The notes beneath the pieces were generated by a model, which saw only the letters and a program-made list of their open reading frames with translations, did no database searches and was not told where the DNA came from. Positions 19,159 through 28,422 of a DNA stretch of 45,737 nt are shown piece by piece. How positions within the stretch are numbered: the stretch's first letter is position 1; every line of letters begins with the position of its first letter. Origin of the DNA: Candidatus Thorarchaeota archaeon (lineage in GTDB: Archaea; Asgardarchaeota; Thorarchaeia; Thorarchaeales; Thorarchaeaceae); NCBI GenBank assembly GCA_048884785.1, contig JBHLQM010000016.1:8613-54349 (forward strand), written 5' to 3'. The translations under genes were made by a program, and so were the position numbers.

Positions 19159-20010
19159 TTATACCGCAATTTCCTCACGATATTTCAAGAGATATCGTTC
19201 CACACTAAGAAATAGATAGCTAAAAACAAAACCAATGAGGCCAATGACAAGCATTGCTGAGATGGTCTGTCCGACTAATCCCAACTGTTCTGTGATAATG
19301 ACAAGATACCCCAAACCCAGCCCTCCGCCTATCATCTCTGCTGCAACAAGACACATCCAGCCAATGCCGAATCCAATGCGCAATCCTGCAAAGATTTCTG
19401 GTGCCGCGGAAGGCAGGATTATTCTTTTTAATATCTGAAATTCTGAGGCTCCAAAGGTACTTGCTACATCAAGATGAACTGTCTTGGTTCGCCTGACACC
19501 GGCTGTTGTGTTTATAAGAATGGGAAAGAATGCGCCCACCCAAATTATGAAGACCTGTGCCCCAGTGAAGTTTGATTGGAATAGCAAGATGGAGATTGGA
19601 ATCCACGCTATAGGGGGGATGGGTCTCATTGCTTCGACTACAGGACCCAGAATAGAATCAACTACTCTATATCTTCCTATAGCAATTCCAATGGGACATG
19701 CTGTTAGGATAGCAGCGGCAAATCCCAGCACCACACGATAGAGACTTAGACTCGCGTGTACTAGGAGAGTTTGACCTTCAGTATCGCCTTCCAAAACAAG
19801 TTTGACAAAAGACCGAGCGACTTCATCCAGCCCGATTGGACCATACAACTGATTCCGTGTGGCAATCAGGGTTATTGCCTGCCAAATTATCAGAAGAATA
19901 ATGAGAGGCAGGATGCCTTTCAAAAGAATATCTCGAGGACTAGGAAATATCCTATTCTTCTTGCGAGAATCTGGTTCATTAGGAATTGAGTCCTTCGTGT
20001 CCTGTTCCAT
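19159..20010 (-). CDS. ABC transporter permease (NitT/TauT family)
   Basis: RPIPPIAWIP; EAA-like loop ASTFGAS; WMCLVAAEM; multiple TM segments. Confidence 0.93.
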   Translation of the reverse strand: MEQDTKDSIPNEPDSRKKNRIFPSPRDILLKGILPLIILLIIWQAITLIATRNQLYGPIGLDEVARSFVKLVLEGDTEGQTLLVHASLSLYRVVLGFAAAILTACPIGIAIGRYRVVDSILGPVVEAMRPIPPIAWIPISILLFQSNFTGAQVFIIWVGAFFPILINTTAGVRRTKTVHLDVASTFGASEFQILKRIILPSAAPEIFAGLRIGFGIGWMCLVAAEMIGGGLGLGYLVIITEQLGLVGQTISAMLVIGLIGFVFSYLFLSVERYLLKYREEIAV

Positions 20011-20058
20011 AGTCCTCGAAATTTCGAATCTCTCAATGCTTTTGTGTCTGTCGCTTTA

Positions 20059-21039
20059 CTAATGACCTTCTATGAAAGAGAGGTCAATTAAGGTGCTCAG
20101 GTAATTCTGCATTTGACTCATGTCAAGAGTAACAATTTCCTCGTCAATCAGAAACTCAAGGTATGCCTCTACTCCCGAAACATCTAGAGAATAATTGAAA
20201 GTTATTCGATTGAATGCCGTGTCAACAGGAGTTTCGTCAATACCAAGCCAATCCACAGCAATAGAGAGAGCCTGTGCAGGATTGTTGAGAATCCACTCTT
20301 CAGCGCGAATGTGAATATCTACTACTTTATGAACAATCTCAGGTTTTGCGTTCATGAAATCATTACTTGCAGCAAGTACACAACACGGATGTCCGGGCCA
20401 GATTGCCTCAGATAATATCAGCGGAACTGTCAATCCCTGGTATGCAGATAGAGACGGAAATGGTTCCCATGCAATGAATGCTGGTGCTTCAGCTGTTAAT
20501 GAGTCAGCCATATCTTGCACACGTGCAACCTGCAGAGAGACGTCCTCAACCGTCATATCAGATTGATTCAATGCCAATCTGAGAAGGAAGTTCTGGACTG
20601 TTGATGGTCCTGGGTGGTATATTGTTTTCCCAGCCAAGTCTGCAACTGTAGTAACTCTTCCTGCGTCGTATTCTGATTTCAAAACCTCAATTGAAGATCC
20701 TTCTGCATTTGCCTGCGCGAGTATAGTAATTCCGATACCCGAATTAATACTTTTAACAAGCGCAGGTGCTACTCCCAAATAGCCCATATCGATTTGTCCG
20801 GCTTGAAAGCCATCCATCTCATAGGCTCCATTCTGATACTGCTGTAATTCTACACGAAGCCCTTCGTCCTCAAACCAGCCATTGACAATAGCTACTCTGA
20901 GTGCCAACTGATGAAGGTCCTGTGAAAGGTAACCAATTCTGACATCCGGCACTGTTGTGGGATACCAAAGAGCAATAATCCCGGCTGATGATATTACTAC
21001 AACGGCAATGACTAAAGCGGCGCCTTTGTTTCTATCCAT
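20059..21039 (-). CDS. ABC transporter substrate-binding protein (SsuA/NrtA-like)
   Basis: N-terminal membrane anchor; RIGYL; AWEPF; WPGHPCC. Confidence 0.9.
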   Translation of the reverse strand: MDRNKGAALVIAVVVISSAGIIALWYPTTVPDVRIGYLSQDLHQLALRVAIVNGWFEDEGLRVELQQYQNGAYEMDGFQAGQIDMGYLGVAPALVKSINSGIGITILAQANAEGSSIEVLKSEYDAGRVTTVADLAGKTIYHPGPSTVQNFLLRLALNQSDMTVEDVSLQVARVQDMADSLTAEAPAFIAWEPFPSLSAYQGLTVPLILSEAIWPGHPCCVLAASNDFMNAKPEIVHKVVDIHIRAEEWILNNPAQALSIAVDWLGIDETPVDTAFNRITFNYSLDVSGVEAYLEFLIDEEIVTLDMSQMQNYLSTLIDLSFIEGH

Positions 21040-21143
21040 TAGTGGTAGCTCCTATCTATGCTCAGGCGATTTTCACATATGAGGGTTCGGATAGGTACCT
21101 TATACAGAGAAGTTATTACGCGGAATTAATCAAAACAGAGTCC

Positions 21144-21518
21144 ATGTCCCTCCACGAAAGAATACCCGAACAGCTTAGGTTGAGTGATGCACTGATTGCA
21201 ATTTCTTTGGAGGAAGATGTAGGGGTTTTTCAGACAAGTGATTACGTGCTAATCGAAGTTTCACACAAAGCAGGGAAGATTAATGTTCCCAAAATAGCTC
21301 AGACTGTTAACAGTCTTGTGAGAAAAGAAAAGAAGATGGTTGCCATCCGTGGCTATGGATTCAAAGGAGTGGGACTTGGAATCAGAATAGCGCATGAATT
21401 AAAGAAACTAGAGAATAGGTTCCAATATCTAATGGCATTTGATACCTTTGAGGCGTCAGAGAGTGGGAACCAACAGCCCCTCACAAGTGTTCAAATTGTG
21501 ATAATGCCCCCAGAATAA
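21144..21518 (+). CDS. Divergent Alba-fold nucleic-acid-binding protein (putative)
   Basis: VAIRGYGFKGVGLGIRIAHELK and the terminal LTSVQIVI resemble the Alba beta-alpha core and last strand. ATG 21144 preferred over 21042, which abuts the divergent gene. Confidence 0.55.
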   Translation: MSLHERIPEQLRLSDALIAISLEEDVGVFQTSDYVLIEVSHKAGKINVPKIAQTVNSLVRKEKKMVAIRGYGFKGVGLGIRIAHELKKLENRFQYLMAFDTFEASESGNQQPLTSVQIVIMPPE

Positions 21519-21538
21519 GAACCTCCGGAGTCCTAAAT

Positions 21539-22186
21539 ATGGACACTCAGACCATAAGAATACGAGAGAAAGACAAGACTCAGGTCGTGCGAGCAAGTAT
21601 TTCAAAATCAGTTTTTCCAGAAATATGTCCTGTATGCACCGAGGATGCAGAGGATCTTGTTGCTCTTACAATCATGGAAACCAAAGAACGCTGGAGTGGA
21701 ACTGGTAGCCTTGCGAGCGCATGGGTACAACCTCAAGATAAGGCGGAACTGAGTTTATCAGATGCAAGAGGAGGAATCACATTTTGGATACCCACTTGTA
21801 TGATGCACGGCAGTAGTTCTGTAAGCTCCCCAAAGAAGAAAGTGCTCTCCATAGTGGGATTCATGATTCTCTTCTATCCACTACTCTATTTTGCACTTGG
21901 AACTCTCACCGCGCTACAATACTCGCGGCCCATAGAAGCTTCAGTTATCCCCTTTTTTGCAATGGGGATATTCATCGCTCTTGACTTGATCTATGGCTTT
22001 TACCCTCGTGCTCTTGAAAGGAAAATTAGATTCTTAGGAATTAATAGAGCTAAGGATGAGACGTTGATATTGCTTAGAAATGCGGTATATAGGAAACTCT
22101 TCCTTGAAAAAAACCCAATGCATGCTGCATTATTAGAAAAGATGAAAACAGATGGTAAAGAACAGGATAGTCTAGGAGGCAAGTAA
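21539..22186 (+). CDS. Hypothetical membrane protein with a possible Zn site
   Basis: FPEICPVC ... IPTCMMH, followed by two TM helices. Confidence 0.7.
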   Translation: MDTQTIRIREKDKTQVVRASISKSVFPEICPVCTEDAEDLVALTIMETKERWSGTGSLASAWVQPQDKAELSLSDARGGITFWIPTCMMHGSSSVSSPKKKVLSIVGFMILFYPLLYFALGTLTALQYSRPIEASVIPFFAMGIFIALDLIYGFYPRALERKIRFLGINRAKDETLILLRNAVYRKLFLEKNPMHAALLEKMKTDGKEQDSLGGK

Positions 22187-22211
22187 GATTCAGAAACCAT
22201 TCTTCGCAGGG

Positions 22212-23387
22212 ATGCTGGCATTATGGCTTTTGGTTTCAGGCATGGTCGGTTTTCAATGGCTTCCTGATATTCTTACATCAGACCCTGCAGATGGTGGATT
22301 CATTACCATGCAATACAATCAGCACAATAATGTTGTGATTGAAAGTGAACAGGATTTCATAGAACAGGGTTTTCTGGGTTCTGGTACTCAGAATGATCCA
22401 TATGTTCTTGAGGGCGTAAATATCACAAGTGAGTTTTATCCTATCAGAATATCAGGAACAACTTCAGTCTGCATAATCAGAGATAGCTACATCGAATCCA
22501 ATAGTGGTGGAATAGGTCTCTACAATGTCAGTAATATTGTCATTGAGAATAGCTCTATAGTCGGAGGCACTATTGGCATTTTCGCAGAAAATGCAACCAA
22601 TATTACGATTAGCAGGAGTGATTTCAGGTTAAGTGAAAACGGAATATATGCAGTGAATCTTAGAAACAGTAGGATTGTGAACAGCAGCTTCCATCACAAT
22701 GAGTATGGGATTCGCATTATTGTAGGATATGATATCGAGATTTCGCAATGCAGAATTTATGTCAATTACAATACGGGTTTATACCTTGATAATGATACGG
22801 CCAATGTAACTGTTTTTGCCTGTGATATAGGATGGAATGGAGAACGTGTTCTTCACAATCTAGGTCTAGTGAGAAATGCTCATGATGCCGGTAATAGATC
22901 GTTAGGGAATAATTCCTGGATTTCAAATCGCTGGAGCGATTATGAAGGTGAGAATAGCTATCAAGTAGATGGTTCGGCTCGTTCTGAAGATAGCTTCGCA
23001 AGTCTACTGGTTGATTTGCAAGCGCCCAACATTAGTGGTCCAGATGATCTTCGTTATGATGAAGGTGAAACTGGCAATTGGTTAATCTGGAATATAACGG
23101 AGTTATACCCCGCATTTTATGGGCTATTGGTCAATGGCTTTCAAATCATATCAGGTGAATGGTATGACGATTCCATTAGATTTCTAGTAGACGGATTTGC
23201 TCTCGGTTCGCATAATCTCACACTGTACTGCATTGACTCAGCAGGCAACTCTGTTTCGGATGAAGTTTGGGTGTCAGTAATGATAAGTATGTTTGGCAGC
23301 GAAGGGACAGAGATCATTCTTTACTCATCATTGGTCAGTGTACTAGCAATCGTAATTCTACTAGTCTTTATCAAGAGAATGCGCTGA
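22212..23387 (+). CDS. Cell-surface right-handed beta-helix (NosD/CASH-like) protein with an Ig-like domain and C-terminal TM anchor
   Basis: GSGTQNDPYVLEG; Asn-rich GI.h repeats; NRWSDY; GSHNLTL..DSAGN; hydrophobic tail + KRMR. Confidence 0.85.
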   Translation: MLALWLLVSGMVGFQWLPDILTSDPADGGFITMQYNQHNNVVIESEQDFIEQGFLGSGTQNDPYVLEGVNITSEFYPIRISGTTSVCIIRDSYIESNSGGIGLYNVSNIVIENSSIVGGTIGIFAENATNITISRSDFRLSENGIYAVNLRNSRIVNSSFHHNEYGIRIIVGYDIEISQCRIYVNYNTGLYLDNDTANVTVFACDIGWNGERVLHNLGLVRNAHDAGNRSLGNNSWISNRWSDYEGENSYQVDGSARSEDSFASLLVDLQAPNISGPDDLRYDEGETGNWLIWNITELYPAFYGLLVNGFQIISGEWYDDSIRFLVDGFALGSHNLTLYCIDSAGNSVSDEVWVSVMISMFGSEGTEIILYSSLVSVLAIVILLVFIKRMR

Positions 23388-23402
23388 CTGGAAGCTTTTA
23401 CA

Positions 23403-24734
23403 TTGCTATATGGAGGGTATGTTAGAGATGAATGGCAAATGCAGAAGGTTTTTGGTATCACAGGATTGCTCATTCTAGTTGTGTCGACACTATTGTTGCC
23501 GACTGAAATTGGTTTCATAGATGGAGAACAATTCAAAAACGTCCAATTAGGGGCAGAAGCTATAGACTATGTCGATAGAAATGCCATCGCAGTCATGGGC
23601 AACACTGATTTCCTTTTGCAGGCTGCCACTGAAGGTTGGATTGGGACAGGAACCAAAGAAGATCCAATCATTATTGAAGGATTCAGAATAGAAGGATCAA
23701 AGCATCTCTTCAGAATGGTAAACACAGATTTACATTTCATATTCAGGAATAGTATTTTGAATGGCATCGACAAAGCCTGGTGCGGATTATACTTGGCCAA
23801 TATGTCAAATGGTGTGATAACAAATGTGGTAGTAAAGAATTCAGCAACTGCTTTTCATACTGTTGCGATAGCAAACTGCACAATTTCGCAAAACGAGATA
23901 TATGACAGTAAGAATGAGGCTATTGCGCTTGAATTACCTTGCTCTGGTAATATTATTTCTGAGAATCTAATACATGACAATTTAGGGGGTGGTATTTGGT
24001 TTGATTATGGCTGTAAAGACAACATCATATCTCGAAATCAGATATACGATAACGGGGGGAATGGCATCTATATCTGGCAAAACACTCAGGAGCTTTGGAT
24101 TTCCGGGAATGTCGTGGTTGAGAATAATATCACCAGACAGGTAAATGGTATCAGTATTCAATCGACTGGTAATCTGATTAAGAATAATACCATAACTGAC
24201 TCTCACTCGGCAGGTATTCTATGCAAAGGTTATGAGAATACCTTCGAAAATAACATTATTACAAATACTAGAGGCATTGGAATTCAGATGTATTTATACG
24301 GAACAGGAAATGTCTTCTCATTTAACTCAATACAAAATAGCACTGAATATGGAATGCGAATCAGAACGCTATGTAATGATAACATAGTGACCAATAATGA
24401 CTTCATTAATAATAATCTCACATCGCAAGTGAGCGATGACGGCGATGGGAATATATTCTCTCATAATTATTTCAGCTCTTGGAACGCTCCAGATACTGAT
24501 GCCAATGGAGAAGTGGACATTGGATATCCTATCTCAGGAGTTTCTAACAATACTGACCAACAGCCGCTCACGTATCCAAATTGCGAACTTCCCGATTGGT
24601 ATGAGCACTCTATTGTTAGTGCAACTATAGTAGACGATTGGCAAATCGAACAAGTAAATATCATCATTGCGCTTTCATTAATGCTAGTTGTAACCGTGGG
24701 AGTTGTTCTGTTTCTATCTAGGAAGAGGTCATAG
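23403..24734 (+). CDS. Cell-surface right-handed beta-helix (NosD/CASH-like) protein
   Basis: GTGTKEDPIIIEG; many N.I..N..GI repeats; signal peptide (start probably the later Met); C-terminal TM + RKRS. Confidence 0.85.
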   Translation: MLYGGYVRDEWQMQKVFGITGLLILVVSTLLLPTEIGFIDGEQFKNVQLGAEAIDYVDRNAIAVMGNTDFLLQAATEGWIGTGTKEDPIIIEGFRIEGSKHLFRMVNTDLHFIFRNSILNGIDKAWCGLYLANMSNGVITNVVVKNSATAFHTVAIANCTISQNEIYDSKNEAIALELPCSGNIISENLIHDNLGGGIWFDYGCKDNIISRNQIYDNGGNGIYIWQNTQELWISGNVVVENNITRQVNGISIQSTGNLIKNNTITDSHSAGILCKGYENTFENNIITNTRGIGIQMYLYGTGNVFSFNSIQNSTEYGMRIRTLCNDNIVTNNDFINNNLTSQVSDDGDGNIFSHNYFSSWNAPDTDANGEVDIGYPISGVSNNTDQQPLTYPNCELPDWYEHSIVSATIVDDWQIEQVNIIIALSLMLVVTVGVVLFLSRKRS

Positions 24735-24833
24735 AACAGAAAGCGTATAATCCCTCTAGATGAATGCCTCGTGAACAGTCCAGTAAATACATAAGCACCC
24801 TGCATCGCGCTTGCCTGTGTATCTTCTCCCTAG

Positions 24834-25421
24834 GTGAGATATAAAATGGCACTAGACTTTTCAAAAGGCATTACAGAGTTCCGGTGGCATGGAAGAGGCG
24901 GCCAAGGTGTCGTGACATCCAACCAGATGCTGGGCAAGGCAGCCCTCGCAGAGGGAAATTATATCCAGGCCTTTCCAGAATTTGGTCCGGAGCGCACAGG
25001 AGCCCCAGTCAGGGCGTTCCTCAGAATTAGTAAGAAGCCCATTCAGGTCTATGCTCAGGTTTACGCTCCAGATGTTGTTGTCTGTATAGACCCAACGCTA
25101 TTGGATGTAGTAGATCCTGCAGAGGGACTCAAACCCAAGGGCACTCTCGTTGTGAATAGCGGCAACGAACCAGCAGCTATTCGAAAGAAATTCCATTTCG
25201 AAACGGGAACTGTTGTTACAGTGGATGCAAGCAAGATCGCAATGGAAGTAATGGGTAGACCCTTCTACAACATGCCTACAATGGCTGCTGCCGTAAAGGC
25301 AACAGGAATTGTTGAGGTCAAGACGGTTATTGATGAAGTTCTTAGCCGATATCCGGGCAAAGTTGGCGAACTGAACAAGACTGCAATGGAGAGAGCGATG
25401 TCGGAGGCGAAGGTAGGATGA
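24834..25421 (+). CDS. porC: 2-oxoacid (pyruvate/ketoisovalerate):ferredoxin oxidoreductase gamma subunit
   Basis: WHGRGGQGVVT; FGPERTGAPV. Confidence 0.93.
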   Translation: MRYKMALDFSKGITEFRWHGRGGQGVVTSNQMLGKAALAEGNYIQAFPEFGPERTGAPVRAFLRISKKPIQVYAQVYAPDVVVCIDPTLLDVVDPAEGLKPKGTLVVNSGNEPAAIRKKFHFETGTVVTVDASKIAMEVMGRPFYNMPTMAAAVKATGIVEVKTVIDEVLSRYPGKVGELNKTAMERAMSEAKVG

Positions 25422-25714
25422 GCAAGAAATACAACGAAATTCCAATCGCAGGCAACATTGTTGAACCAGGAAATGCAATGGAATACAAGACCGGTGGTTG
25501 GCGGGCTAGAAAGCCAATCCATAGGGATGAGACCTGTCTCTGGATAAAGAATGGCACATGTGGCCTATGTTGGATATACTGTCCAGATAATTCAGTCAAG
25601 TTGATTGAGGAGGATGGAAAGTACTCCTACGAATATGATTATGATTATTGTAAGGGATGCGGTATTTGCGCTAACCAATGCCCAACAGAGAGCATCCATA
25701 TGGAGGATGAGTAA
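25418..25714 (+). CDS. porD: 2-oxoacid:ferredoxin oxidoreductase delta subunit
   Basis: KTGGWR..P; CGLCWIYCPD; DYCKGCGICANQCP. Confidence 0.93.
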   Translation: MSKKYNEIPIAGNIVEPGNAMEYKTGGWRARKPIHRDETCLWIKNGTCGLCWIYCPDNSVKLIEEDGKYSYEYDYDYCKGCGICANQCPTESIHMEDE

Positions 25715-25715
25715 T

Positions 25716-26921
25716 GTGACGACCGTTGAACGTGTACCAAAGGACCAGATTCAGATTGAAGGGCTGACCGGAGATGCTGCAATTGCTCATGCACTCAAGC
25801 AAGCAGATCTCGATGTTCTAGCAGCATATCCAATCACTCCACAGACCATTATTGTAGAGGATTATCAGAAATTCGCTGCAGATGGTGAGATCAAGGCTAG
25901 AGTCATTCCTGTTGAATCGGAACACAGCGCGATGTCGGCCTGTGTTGGTGCATCGGCTGTAGGGGCTAGAGTTGCAACTGCATCAGCTTCTGCGGGATTA
26001 GCTCTGATGTGGGAAATCCTCTACTGTGCCTCAGGCATGAGAATGCCCATTGTTTTCACCGTGGCAAATCGTGCGCTATCTGCTCCAATCAACATCCATA
26101 ATGACTGGAGCGATACATACGGTGCACGGGACAGTGGTTTCATCCAGATTTACTGTCAGAGCAGTCAGGAAGCATATGACACCACTATCATGGCATTCAA
26201 GATTGCTGAGGATCATGATGTTCTCTTGCCGATTATAGTTGCCATAGATGGATTCATTGTGAGTCATAATGTGGAACGTGTTGAGATGCTACCATCTGAG
26301 GCCGTAACGAAGTTTCTCGGAGTAAGAAAACCATTCATCACACTCGATCCAGATAAACCCATTACTATGGGTCCACTCGCACTCACCGATTATTATTATG
26401 AATTCAAACAGCAACAGGTGGATGCAATGAACGCCGTCCCTGAGGTCTTCCATAAAGTCGAGGCAGAATTTGAGAAGATGACAGGGCGAAAATACGGATT
26501 ATTCGAGACCTACCGTACTGACGATGCAGACATCATTCTCTTCACACACAGCAGTCCAGGTGGCACTGCAAAAGCAGTAGTGGATGTACTTCGAGAGCTA
26601 GGTGAAAAGGTTGGAGTAGTAAGACTCCGGATGTTCAGACCATTTCCAGCAAAAGAGGTTGCCAAAGCCCTTCAGAAGGCAAAAGCAGTCGCGGTATTTG
26701 AGAAGTGTATCTCGTTTGGTTCTCCAACAAATCCACTGGCACTTGAAGTCAGAACAGCGTTATATGATCTGGAGAAGCGACCTTTGGTGACTGACTTTGT
26801 GATTGGACTTGGAGGCAGAGATGTTCCACCAGAAACAATTGTTGAGGGATATGAGAAGACAAAACAGTATCTCAAGAAAGGGAAAGCTCCATTTTTTGAA
26901 ACATTGGGGGTGCGTAAGTAA
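25716..26921 (+). CDS. porA: 2-oxoacid:ferredoxin oxidoreductase alpha subunit
   Basis: AYPITPQT; ESEHSAMS; NRALSAP; GLGGRD. GTG 25716 is correctly spaced from GGAGG (the track start overlaps porD). Confidence 0.93.
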   Translation: MTTVERVPKDQIQIEGLTGDAAIAHALKQADLDVLAAYPITPQTIIVEDYQKFAADGEIKARVIPVESEHSAMSACVGASAVGARVATASASAGLALMWEILYCASGMRMPIVFTVANRALSAPINIHNDWSDTYGARDSGFIQIYCQSSQEAYDTTIMAFKIAEDHDVLLPIIVAIDGFIVSHNVERVEMLPSEAVTKFLGVRKPFITLDPDKPITMGPLALTDYYYEFKQQQVDAMNAVPEVFHKVEAEFEKMTGRKYGLFETYRTDDADIILFTHSSPGGTAKAVVDVLRELGEKVGVVRLRMFRPFPAKEVAKALQKAKAVAVFEKCISFGSPTNPLALEVRTALYDLEKRPLVTDFVIGLGGRDVPPETIVEGYEKTKQYLKKGKAPFFETLGVRK

Positions 26922-27880
26922 TGACTGAAGCAGACAAACCAGCAGTCGCAATCAAAGACATGCTCAAGAAGGCTCCAATCCTCACATCAGGACATAGGAT
27001 GTGTGCAGGATGCGCGGCACCTACTGTCGTAAAATTGATGGGCATGGCACTTCGCGGGCCAACCATTGTCTGTGAGGCTACCGGCTGTCTTGAAGTGGCA
27101 ACCACAATCTATCCATATACAGCCTGGAACATCCCTTGGATACATGTAGCATTTGAGAATGCAGCAGCAGTGGCCTCAGGAGTAATTGAGGCTACAAAAG
27201 CCATGTATGAGAAGGGCAACTACAAGCATGAACACGTAGATGTCATTGCTATTGGTGGCGATGGTGGGACATTCGATATTGGCTTTGGTGCAATAAGTGG
27301 TATGCTTGAGAGAGGACATGACATTGTGTATATGGTTTATGACAACGGTGCATACCAGAACACTGGAATCCAGAGGTCAGGCGGCACACTCCCGGGTCAG
27401 GAAACTACAACCTCCTGGGCAGGGAAGGTTGAGCCCGGAAAGAGGGAACGAAAGAAACCTCTAACTGAGATTGTCGCGGCTCACAAGATTCCGTATGTAG
27501 CTACTGTGACACCCGGATATCAGCGGGATTTTATCACCAAGTTTCGCAAGGCGCTTGAAGTTGAGGGCCCAGCATTCATTCACGCCTACTCCCCATGTCC
27601 GAGAGGGTGGAGATCTGAAACAGGCATAAGTATAGAACTCTCCAAGATGGCGGTTGAAACTGGAATTCACCCACTCTACGAGGTCATAGATGGTGAGCAA
27701 TACATCATGTCGGGGCCAAGCAAGAATCTCAAAGAGCTCACACCAATTGAGGACTACTGGAAGACTCAAGGCCAGTTCAAACACCTCTTCAAACCAGAGT
27801 GGGCAGACTTCCGCAAGAAGATTCAGCAGGATATAAACCACGAATGGGAACTCTTGAAGAAGAAATGTGGCGTCGAATAG
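26921..27880 (+). CDS. porB: 2-oxoacid:ferredoxin oxidoreductase beta subunit
   Basis: GHRMCAGC; TPP motif GGDGG..DN; SPCPRGW. Confidence 0.93.
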   Translation: MTEADKPAVAIKDMLKKAPILTSGHRMCAGCAAPTVVKLMGMALRGPTIVCEATGCLEVATTIYPYTAWNIPWIHVAFENAAAVASGVIEATKAMYEKGNYKHEHVDVIAIGGDGGTFDIGFGAISGMLERGHDIVYMVYDNGAYQNTGIQRSGGTLPGQETTTSWAGKVEPGKRERKKPLTEIVAAHKIPYVATVTPGYQRDFITKFRKALEVEGPAFIHAYSPCPRGWRSETGISIELSKMAVETGIHPLYEVIDGEQYIMSGPSKNLKELTPIEDYWKTQGQFKHLFKPEWADFRKKIQQDINHEWELLKKKCGVE

Positions 27881-27894
27881 ACACCATGTGATTG

Positions 27895-27928
27895 CTGGGG
27901 CACTATGCCCCAGTTGCATCTTTTTTTT
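27895..27928 (+). terminator. Hairpin + T8 terminator of the por operon
   Basis: CTGGGGCA-CTA-TGCCCCAG followed by TTTTTTTT. Confidence 0.75.
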
Positions 27929-27969
27929 CTCTCATTTGGAAAGATAGATTTGGTTCCATGGGGTTTCCG

Positions 27970-28009
27970 ATCAAAGCTTGATTGCTATATGCATCAGGTT
28001 TATATAAAC
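27970..28009 (+). promoter_or_regulatory. Probable promoter/operator of the arsR-hgcAB-like operon
   Basis: TATA-like TTTATATA inside the perfect palindrome GTTTATATAAAC (27998-28009), about 26 nt before ATG 28028; a further inverted repeat ATCAA-AGC-TTGAT at 27970-27982. Confidence 0.5.
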
Positions 28010-28018
28010 TAGATTGAT

Positions 28019-28417
28019 ATGAAATTTATGGCGCATGAGCATGTTGAACGTCTTGAGAACCTCGAGAGGTACTGCAAGACCGTTCCCGACAAGGCACCGT
28101 GTTGCGAACCCTTTGATATAAGGAGAGCCACAATCGAGGGTTTTAGACAATCCTTCTCTTCAGTAAGTCCAGAGATCTTTACGGCCTCCTTGAGAACAGG
28201 TATTGTCATGCTGCTACTCAAGATTGAAGAAGCGTGTGTGTGTGAATTTCAATATGCTCTGAATGAACCAAGGCAGCCACTAATGTCGCATCATCTTCGC
28301 AAGATGCATAGCGCAGGATGGCTCCGAAGTGAGCGTCGAGGTCGTTGGACCTACTATGCACTTAACAACAACAAGAGAGAATCCATGCTTCAATTGATTG
28401 ATTTTCTTGGAGAATAA
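28019..28417 (+). CDS. ArsR/SmtB family metal(loid)-responsive repressor
   Basis: EACVCEF (ELCVCDL-like), QPLMSHHL and RRGRWTYY; extra N-terminal C...CC. Start may be 28028. Confidence 0.9.
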   Translation: MKFMAHEHVERLENLERYCKTVPDKAPCCEPFDIRRATIEGFRQSFSSVSPEIFTASLRTGIVMLLLKIEEACVCEFQYALNEPRQPLMSHHLRKMHSAGWLRSERRGRWTYYALNNNKRESMLQLIDFLGE

Positions 28418-28422
28418 CAACG

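Noticed and set aside
25605-25715. Long overlap of porA with porD (also the HD/GDPD overlap at 32241-32413)
   Set aside because: Artefact of longest-ORF start calling; downstream starts remove the overlaps.
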